Shown here: positions 54,701 to 64,000 of the stretch, piece by piece
Numbering within the stretch: the stretch's first letter is position 1
Layout: every line of letters begins with the position of its first letter
Source of the DNA: the human T2T-CHM13v2.0 reference genome, Homo sapiens
Strand: one strand, 5' to 3'
Assembly: GCF_009914755.1 (NCBI RefSeq)
Contig: NC_060932.1
Length of the DNA stretch: 64,000 bases
The notes under the pieces: generated by a model
Told to the model about the DNA's origin: nothing
The model's input: the letters and a program-made list of their open reading frames with translations, nothing else
Database searches by the model: none
Position numbers and translations under genes: made by a program

Positions 54701-57700
54701 TCAGAAACTTCTTTGTGGTGTCTGCATTCAAGTCACAGAATTGAACTTCCCCTCACATAGAGCAGTTGTGCAGCACTCTATTTGTAGTATCTGGAAGTGG
54801 ACATTTGGAGGGCTTTGTAGCCTATCTGGAAAAAGGAAATATCTTCCCATGAATGCGAGATAGTAGTAATCTCAGAAACATGTTTATGCTGTATCTACTC
54901 AACTAACTGTGCTGAACATTTCTATTGATAGAGCAGTTTTGAGACACTCTTCTTTTGGAATCTGCAAGTGGATATTTGGATAGATTTGAGGATTTCGTTG
55001 GAAACGGGATTATATATAAAAAGTAGACAGCAGCATTCTCAGAAACTTCTTTGTGATGTTTGCATCCAGCTCTCAGAGTTGAACATTCCCTTTCATAGAG
55101 TAGGTTTGAAACCCTCTTTTTATAGTGTCTGGAAGCGGGCATTTGGAGCGCTTTCAGGCCTATGCTGAAAAAGGAAATATCTACCTATAGAAACTAGACA
55201 GAAGCATTCTGAGAATCACGTTTGTGATGTGGGTACTCAACTAACAGTGTTGATCCATTCTTTTGATACAGCAGTTTTGAACCACACTTTTTGTAGAATC
55301 TGCAAGTGGATATTTGGATAGCTGTGAGGATTTCGTTGGAAACGGGAATGTCTTCATAGAAAATTTAGACAGAAGCATTCTCAGAACCTTGATTGTGATG
55401 TGTGTTCTCCACTAACAGAGTTGAACCTTTCTTTTGACAGAACTGTTCTGAAACATTCTTTTTATAGAATCTGGAAGTGGATATTTGGAAAGCTTTGAGG
55501 ATTTCGTTGGAAACGGGAATATCTTCAAATCAAATCTAGCCAGAAGCATTCTAAGAAACATCTTAGGGATGTTTACATTCAAGTCACAGAGTTGAACATT
55601 CCCTTTCACAGAGCAGGTTTGAAACAATCTTCTCGTACTATCTGGCAGTGGACATTTTGAGCTCCTTGGGGCCTATGCTGAAAAAGGAAATATCTTCCGA
55701 CAAAAACTAGACAGAAGCATTCGCAGAATCACGTTTGTGATGTGTGCACTCAACTGTCAGAATTGAACCTTGGTTTGGACAGAGCACTTTTGAAACACTC
55801 TTTTTGTAGAATCTGCAGGTGGATATTTGGCTAGCTTTGAGGATTTCGTTGGAAACGGGAATGTCTTCAAAGAAAATCTAGACAGAAGCATTCTCAGAAA
55901 CACCTTCGTGATGTTTGCAATCAAGTCACAGAGTTGAACCTTCCGTTTCATAGAGCAGGTTGGAAACACTCTTTTTGTAGTATCTGGAAGTGGACATTTG
56001 GAGCGCTTTCAGGCCTATGGTGAAAAAGGAAATATCTTCCCATAAAAACGACATAGAAGCTATCTCAGGAACTTGTTTATGATGCATCTAATCAACTAAC
56101 AGTGTTGAACCTTTGTACTGACAGAGCAGTTTGAAACACTCTTTTTTTGGAATCTGCAAGTGGATATTTGGATCGCTTTGAGGATTTCGTTGGAAACGGG
56201 ATGCAATATAAAACGTACACAGCAGCATACTCAGAAAATACTTTGCCATATTTCCATTCAAGTCACAGAGTGGAACATTCCCATTCATAGAGCAGGTTGG
56301 AAACACTCTTTTTGGAGTATCTGGAAGTGGACATTTGGAGCGCTTTCTGAACTATGGTGAAAAAGGAAATATCTTCCAATGAAAACAAGACAGAAGCATT
56401 CTGAGAAACTTATTTGTGATGTGTGTCCTCAACAAACGGACTTGAACCTTTCGTTTCATGCAGTACTTCTGGAACACTCTTTTTGAAGATTCTGCATGCG
56501 GATATTTGGATAGCTTTGAGGATTTCGTTGGAAACGGGCTTACATGTAAAAATTAGACAGCAGCATTCTCAGAAACTTCTTTGTGGTGTCTGCATTCAAG
56601 TCACAGAATTGAACTTCCCCTCACATAGAGCAGTTGTGCAGCACTCTATTTGTAGTATCTGGAAGTGGACATTTGGAGGGCTTTGTAGCCTATCTGGAAA
56701 AAGGAAATATCTTCCCATGAATGCGAGATAGAAGTAATCTCAGAAACATGTTTATGCTGTATCTACTCAACTAACTGTGCTGAACATTTCTATTGATAGA
56801 GCAGTTTTGAGACACTCTTCTTTTGGAATCTGCAAGTGGATATTTGGATAGATTTGAGGATTTCGTTGGAAACGGGATTATATATAAAAAGTAGACAGCA
56901 GCATTCTCAGAAACTTCTTTGTGATGTTTGCATCCAGCTCTCAGAGTTGAACATTCCCTTTCATAGAGTAGGTTTGAAACCCTCTTTTTATAGTGTCTGG
57001 AAGCGGGCATTTGGAGCGCTTTCAGGCCTATGCTGAAAAAGGAAATATCTACCTATAGAAACTAGACAGAAGCATTCTGAGAATCACGTTTGTGATGTGG
57101 GTACTCAACTAACAGTGTTGATCCATTCTTTTGATACAGCAGTTTTGAACCACACTTTTTGTAGAATCTGCAAGTGGATATTTGGATAGCTGTGAGGATT
57201 TCGTTGGAAACGGGAATGTCTTCATAGAAAATTTAGACAGAAGCATTCTCAGAACCTTGATTGTGATGTGTGTTCTCCACTAACAGAGTTGAACCTTTCT
57301 TTTGACAGAACTGTTCTGAAACATTCTTTTTATAGAATCTGGAAGTGGATATTTGGAAAGCTTTGAGGATTTCGTTGGAAACGGGAATATCTTCAAATAA
57401 AATCTAGCCAGAAGCATTCTAAGAAACATCTTAGGGATGTTTACATTCAAGTCACAGAGTTGAACATTCCCTTTCACAGAGCAGGTTTGAAACAATCTTC
57501 TCGTACTATCTGGCAGTGGACATTTTGAGCTCCTTGGGGCCTATGCTGAAAAAGGAAATATCTTCCGACAAAAACTAGACAGAAGCATTCGCAGAATCAC
57601 GTTTGTGATGTGTGCACTCAACTGTCAGAATTGAACCTTGGTTTGGACAGAGCACTTTTGAAACACTCTTTTTGTAGAATCTGCAGGTGGATATTTGGCT

Positions 57701-60700
57701 AGCTTTGAGGATTTCGTTGGAAACGGGAATGTCTTCAAAGAAAATCTAGACAGAAGCATTCTCAGAAACACCTTCGTGATGTTTGCAATCAAGTCACAGA
57801 GTTGAACCTTCCGTTTCATAGAGCAGGTTGGAAACACTCTTTTTGTAGTATCTGGAAGTGGACATTTGGAGCGCTTTCAGGCCTATGGTGAAAAAGGAAA
57901 TATCTTCCCATAAAAACGACATAGAAGCTATCTCAGGAACTTGTTTATGATGCATCTAATCAACTAACAGTGTTGAACCTTTGTACTGACAGAGCAGTTT
58001 GAAACACTCTTTTTTTGGAATCTGCAAGTGGATATTTGGATCGCTTTGAGGATTTCGTTGGAAACGGGATGCAATATAAAACGTACACAGCAGCATACTC
58101 AGAAAATACTTTGCCATATTTCCATTCAAGTCACAGAGTGGAACATTCCCATTCATAGAGCAGGTTGGAAACACTCTTTTTGGAGTATCTGGAAGTGGAC
58201 ATTTGGAGCGCTTTCTGAACTATGGTGAAAAAGGAAATATCTTCCAATGAAAACAAGACAGAAGCATTCTGAGAAACTTATTTGTGATGTGTGTCCTCAA
58301 CAAACGGACTTGAACCTTTCGTTTCATGCAGTACTTCTGGAACACTCTTTTTGAAGATTCTGCATGCGGATATTTGGATAGCTTTGAGGATTTCGTTGGA
58401 AACGGGCTTACATGTAAAAATTAGACAGCAGCATTCTCAGAAACTTCTTTGTGGTGTCTGCATTCAAGTCACAGAATTGAACTTCCCCTCACATAGAGCA
58501 GTTGTGCAGCACTCTATTTGTAGTATCTGGAAGTGGACATTTGGAGGGCTTTGTAGCCTATCTGGAAAAAGGAAATATCTTCCCATGAATGCGAGATAGA
58601 AGTAATCTCAGAAACATGTTTATGCTGTATCTACTCAACTAACTGTGCTGAACATTTCTATTGATAGAGCAGTTTTGAGACACTCTTCTTTTGGAATCTG
58701 CAAGTGGATATTTGGATAGATTTGAGGATTTCGTTGGAAACGGGATTATATATAAAAAGTAGACAGCAGCATTCTCAGAAACTTCTTTGTGATGTTTGCA
58801 TCCAGCTCTCAGAGTTGAACATTCCCTTTCATAGAGTAGGTTTGAAACCCTCTTTTTATAGTGTCTGGAAGCGGGCATTTGGAGCGCTTTCAGGCCTATG
58901 CTGAAAAAGGAAATATCTACCTATAGAAACTAGACAGAAGCATTCTGAGAATCACGTTTGTGATGTGGGTACTCAACTAACAGTGTTGATCCATTCTTTT
59001 GATACAGCAGTTTTGAACCACACTTTTTGTAGAATCTGCAAGTGGATATTTGGATAGCTGTGAGGATTTCGTTGGAAACGGGAATGTCTTCATAGAAAAT
59101 TTAGACAGAAGCATTCTCAGAACCTTGATTGTGATGTGTGTTCTCCACTAACAGAGTTGAACCTTTCTTCTGACAGAACTGTTCTGAAACATTCTTTTTA
59201 TAGAATCTGGAAGTGGATATTTGGAAAGCTTTGAGGATTTCGTTGGAAACGGGAATATCTTCAAATAAAATCTAGCCAGAAGCATTCTAAGAAACATCTT
59301 AGGGATATTTACATTCAAGTCACAGAGTTGAACATTCCCTTTCACAGAGCAGGTTTGAAACAATCTTCTCGTACTATCTGGCAGTGGACATTTTGAGCTC
59401 CTTGGGGCCTATGCTGAAAAAGGAAATATCTTCCGACAAAAACTAGACAGAAGCATTCGCAGAATCACGTTTGTGATGTGTGCACTCAACTGTCAGAATT
59501 GAACCTTGGTTTGGACAGAGCACTTTTGAAACACTCTTTTTGTAGAATCTGCAGGTGGATATTTGGCTAGCTTTGAGGATTTCGTTGGAAACGGTAATGT
59601 CTTCAAAGAAAATCTAGACAGAAGCATTCTCAGAAACACCTTCGTGATGTTTGCAATCAAGTCACAGAGTTGAACCTTCCGTTTCATAGAGCAGGTTGGA
59701 AACACTCTTTTTGTAGTATCTGGAAGTGGACATTTGGAGGGCTTTGTAGCCTATCTGGAAAAAGGAAATATCTTCCCATGAATGCGAGATAGAAGTAATC
59801 TCAGAAACATGTTTATGCTGTATCTACTCAACTAACTGTGCTGAACATTTCTATTGATAGAGCAGTTTTGAGACACTCTTCTTTTGGAATCTGCAAGTGG
59901 ATATTTGGATAGATTTGAGGATTTCGTTGGAAACGGGATTATATATAAAAAGTAGACAGCAGCATTCTCAGAAACTTCTTTGTGATGTTTGCATCCAGCT
60001 CTCAGAGTTGAACATTCCCTTTCATAGAGTAGGTTTGAAACCCTCTTTTTATAGTGTCTGGAAGCGGGCATTTGGAGCGCTTTCAGGCCTATGCTTAAAA
60101 TAGGAAATATCTACCTACAGAAACTAGACAGAAGCATTCTGAGAATCACGTTTGTGATGTGGGTACTCAACTAACAGTGTTGATCCATTCTTTTGATACA
60201 GCAGTTTTGAACCACACTTTTTGTAGAATCTGCAAGAGGATATTTGGATAGCTGTGAGGATTTCGTTGGAAACGGGAATGTCTTCAAAGAAAATCTAGAC
60301 AGAAGCATTCTCAGAAACACCTTCGTGATGTTTGCAATCAAGTCACAGAGTTGAACCTTCCGTTTCATAGAGCAGGTTGGAAACACTCTTATTGTAGTAT
60401 CTGGAAGTGGACATTTGGAGCGCTTTCAGGCCTATGGTGAAAAAGGAAATATCTTCCCATAAAAACGACATAGAAGCTATCTCAGGAACTTGTTTATGAT
60501 GCATCTAATCAACTAACAGTGTTGAACCTTTGTACTGACAGAGCAGTTTGAAACACTCTTTTTTTGGAATCTGCAAGTGGATATTTGGATCGCTTTGAGG
60601 ATTTCGTTGGAAACGGGATGCAATATAAAACGTACACAGCAGCATACTCAGAAAATACTTTGCCATATTTCCATTCAAGTCACAGAGTGGAACATTCCCA

Positions 60701-63671
60701 TTCATAGAGCAGGTTGGAAACACTCTTTTTGGAGTATCTGGAAGTGGACATTTGGAGCGCTTTCTGAACTATGGTGAAAAAGGAAATATCTTCCAATGAA
60801 AACAAGACAGAAGCATTCTGAGAAACTTATTTGTGATGTGTGTCCTCAACAAACGGACTTGAACCTTTCGTTTCATGCAGTACTTCTGGAACACTCTTTT
60901 TGAAGATTCTGCATGCGGATATTTGGATAGCTTTGAGGATTTCGTTGGAAACGGGCTTACATGTAAAAATTAGACAGCAGCATTCTCAGAAACTTCTTTG
61001 TGGTGTCTGCATTCAAGTCACAGAATTGAACTTCCCCTCACATAGAGCAGTTGTGCAGCACTCTATTTGTAGTATCTGGAAGTGGACATTTGGAGGGCTT
61101 TGTAGCCTATCTGGAAAAAGGAAATATCTTCCCATGAATGCGAGATAGAAGTAATCTCAGAAACATGTTTATGCTGTATCTACTCAACTAACTGTGCTGA
61201 ACATTTCTATTGATAGAGCAGTTTTGAGACACTCTTCTTTTGGAATCTGCAAGTGGATATTTGGATAGATTTGAGGATTTCGTTGGAAACGGGATTATAT
61301 ATAAAAAGTAGACAGCAGCATTCTCAGAAACTTCTTTGTGATGTTTGCATCCAGCTCTCAGAGTTGAACATTCCCTTTCATAGAGTAGGTTTGAAACCCT
61401 CTTTTTATAGTGTCTGGAAGCGGGCATTTGGAGCGCTTTCAGGCCTATGCTGAAAAAGGAAATATCTACCTATAGAAACTAGACAGAAGCATTCTGAGAA
61501 TCACGTTTGTGATGTGGGTACTCAACTAACAGTGTTGATCCATTCTTTTGATACAGCAGTTTTGAACCACACTTTTTGTAGAATCTGCAAGTGGATATTT
61601 GGATAGCTGTGAGGATTTCGTTGGAAACGGGAATGTCTTCATAGAAAATTTAGACAGAAGCATTCTCAGAACCTTGATTGTGATGTGTGTTCTCCACTAA
61701 CAGAGTTGAACCTTTCTTTTGACAGAACTGTTCTGAAACATTCTTTTTATAGAATCTGGAAGTGGATATTTGGAAAGCTTTGAGGATTTCGTTGGAAACG
61801 GGAATATCTTCAAATAAAATCTAGCCAGAAGCATTCTAAGAAACATCTTAGGGATGTTTACATTCAAGTCACAGAGTTGAACATTCCCTTTCACAGAGCA
61901 GGTTTGAAACAATCTTCTCGTACTATCTGGCAGTGGACATTTTGAGCTCCTTGGGGCCTATGCTGAAAAAGGAAATATCTTCCGACAAAAACTAGACAGA
62001 AGCATTCGCAGAATCACGTTTGTGATGTGTGCACTCAACTGTCAGAATTGAACCTTGGTTTGGACAGAGCACTTTTGAAACACTCTTTTTGTAGAATCTG
62101 CAGGTGGATATTTGGCTAGCTTTGAGGATTTCGTTGGAAACGGTAATGTCTTCAAAGAAAATCTAGACAGAAGCATTCTCAGAAACACCTTCGTGATGTT
62201 TGCAATCAAGTCACAGAGTTGAACCTTCCGTTTCATAGAGCAGGTTGGAAACACTCTTTTTGTAGTATCTGGAAGTGGACATTTGGAGGGCTTTGTAGCC
62301 TATCTGGAAAAAGGAAATATCTTCCCATGAATGCGAGATAGAAGTAATCTCAGAAACATGTTTATGCTGTATCTACTCAACTAACTGTGCTGAACATTTC
62401 TATTGATAGAGCAGTTTTGAGACACTCTTCTTTTGGAATCTGCAAGTGGATATTTGGATAGATTTGAGGATTTCGTTGGAAACGGGATTATATATAAAAA
62501 GTAGACAGCAGCATTCTCAGAAACTTCTTTGTGATGTTTGCATCCAGCTCTCAGAGTTGAACATTCCCTTTCATAGAGTAGGTTTGAAACCCTCTTTTTA
62601 TAGTGTCTGGAAGCGGGCATTTGGAGCGCTTTCAGGCCTATGCTTAAAATAGGAAATATCTACCTACAGAAACTAGACAGAAGCATTCTGAGAATCACGT
62701 TTGTGATGTGGGTACTCAACTAACAGTGTTGATCCATTCTTTTGATACAGCAGTTTTGAACCACACTTTTTGTAGAATCTGCAAGAGGATATTTGGATAG
62801 CTGTGAGGATTTCGTTGGAAACGGGAATGTCTTCAAAGAAAATCTAGACAGAAGCATTCTCAGAAACACCTTCGTGATGTTTGCAATCAAGTCACAGAGT
62901 TGAACCTTCCGTTTCATAGAGCAGGTTGGAAACACTCTTATTGTAGTATCTGGAAGTGGACATTTGGAGCGCTTTCAGGCCTATGGTGAAAAAGGAAATA
63001 TCTTCCCATAAAAACGACATAGAAGCTATCTCAGGAACTTGTTTATGATGCATCTAATCAACTAACAGTGTTGAACCTTTGTACTGACAGAGCAGTTTGA
63101 AACACTCTTTTTTTGGAATCTGCAAGTGGATATTTGGATCGCTTTGAGGATTTCGTTGGAAACGGGATGCAATATAAAACGTACACAGCAGCATACTCAG
63201 AAAATACTTTGCCATATTTCCATTCAAGTCACAGAGTGGAACATTCCCATTCATAGAGCAGGTTTGAAACACTCTTTTTGGAGTATCTGGAAGTGGACAT
63301 TTGGAGCGCTTTCTGAACTATGGTGAAAAAGGAAATATCTTCCAATGAAAACAAGACAGAAGCATTCTGAGAAACTTATTTGTGATGTGTGTCCTCAACA
63401 AACGGACTTGAACCTTTCGTTTCATGCAGTACTTCTGGAACACTCTTTTTGAAGATTCTGCATGCGGATATTTGGATTGCTTTGAGGATTTCGTTGGAAA
63501 CGGGCTTACATGTAAAAATTAGACAGCAGCATTCTCAGAAACTTCTTTGTGGTGTCTGCATTCAAGTCACAGAATTGAACTTCCCCTCACATAGAGCAGT
63601 TGTGCAGCACTCTATTTGTAGTATCTGGAAGTGGACATTTGGAGGGCTTTGTAGCCTATCTGGAAAAAGGA
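33770..63671 (+). repeat. Block dominated by the 7+8 composite (15-mer, 2549 bp; nine copies), with three 11-mers and one extra 8-mer
   Basis: Marker spacings alternate 1193/1356, with 1868 bp units at 47872, 54838 and 56706. Confidence 0.93.
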
Positions 63672-64000
63672 AATATCTTCCCATGAATGCGAGATAGAAG
63701 TAATCTCAGAAACATGTTTATGCTGTATCTACTCAACTAACTGTGCTGAACATTTCTATTGATAGAGCAGTTTTGAGACACTCTTCTTTTGGAATCTGCA
63801 AGTGGATATTTGGATAGATTTGAGGATTTCGTTGGAAACGGGATTATATATAAAAAGTAGACAGCAGCATTCTCAGAAACTTCTTTGTGATGTTTGCATC
63901 CAGCTCTCAGAGTTGAACATTCCCTTTCATAGAGTAGGTTTGAAACCCTCTTTTTATAGTGTCTGGAAGCGGGCATTTGGAGCGCTTTCAGGCCTATGCT
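63672..64000 (+). repeat. Partial HOR unit (m1, most of m2) truncated by the window end; type cannot be determined
   Basis: The anchor is at 63672. The sequence ends at GGCCTATGCT, one base before the site that distinguishes 8-mers from 7/11-mers. Confidence 0.9.

Larger units (their letters stand above)
1..64000 (+). repeat. Centromeric alpha-satellite higher-order-repeat array (SF2-type, CENP-B-box rich; probably human chr8 D8Z2)
   Basis: Monomers start at 30, 197, 368, 539, 710, 881, 1052, 1223 (spacing 167-171 bp). They carry alphoid hallmarks CATTCTCAGAAACTTCTTTGTGATG, GAGTTGAAC, TTTGAAACACTCTTTTTGTAGAATCTGCAAGTGGATATTTGG, and either a CENP-B box or a pJalpha-type box. Orientation is the same throughout. 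The chromosome call is inferred from the 1868/1356/1193 bp unit sizes and is less certain (about 0.8) than the repeat class. Confidence 0.99.

Noticed and set aside
156-63850. CRISPR-like look of the conserved GAGGATTTCGTTGGAAACGG motif at regular spacing
   Set aside because: The intervening sequences are 150-320 bp homologous repeats, not unique spacers, and there are no cas genes. The motif is the CENP-B box.
131-63976. About 200 short ORFs (66-110 aa) recurring on both strands
   Set aside because: They are chance open frames of the satellite. They recur at HOR periodicity, overlap on opposite strands, mostly start at GTG/TTG-type codons, show no recognisable domain, and are freely broken or extended by SNVs and indels (e.g. 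45039, 25016).
1-64000. Alternative assignment to chr13/21 alphoid (D13Z1/D21Z1), also SF2 11-mers of about 1.87 kb
   Set aside because: Abundant 8-mers and the 7+8 (2.5 kb) composite fit what I know of chr8 better. Not formally excluded; alignment to T2T HOR consensus sequences would decide.
1-64000. Embedded LINE/Alu insertion, inversion or foreign sequence
   Set aside because: Unit lengths sum exactly to the span (12x1193 + 9x1868 + 24x1356 - 1 = 63671), leaving no room for an insertion. All boxes I read are on the same strand.

Overview
The whole 64 kb window is one uninterrupted, head-to-tail array of primate (human-type) centromeric alpha-satellite DNA with 166-172 bp monomers. I found no genes, RNA genes, transposons or inversions, and every ORF in the track is an artefact of the repeat. 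The array has 45 complete higher-order repeat (HOR) units plus one partial unit, in three sizes: 11-mer (1868 bp, 9 copies), 8-mer (1355-1357 bp, 24 copies) and 7-mer (1193 bp, 12 copies). Their order is 7-8-11-7-8-8-11-7-8-8-8-8-8-8-11-8-11-8-8-11-8-8-11-7-8-7-8-8-7-8-7-8-7-8-11-7-8-7-8-11-11-7-8-7-8. Dense CENP-B boxes alternating with pJalpha-type boxes, near-identical units and the 7/8/11-mer mix best fit the active SF2 array of human chromosome 8 (D8Z2). That assignment is recognition from known HOR sizes, not a database result. I see no new biological system in the gene sense. The interesting signal is in how the array evolved: 7-mers always followed by 8-mers, junctions mappable to short homologies (one right next to a CENP-B box), box loss and regain, nested tandem duplications, an emerging 16-mer period, an inter-monomer micro-conversion, and a domain boundary near 33.8 kb. 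Monomer labels m1-m11 are my own, numbered along the 11-mer from the monomer starting TAATCTCAGAAACATG.
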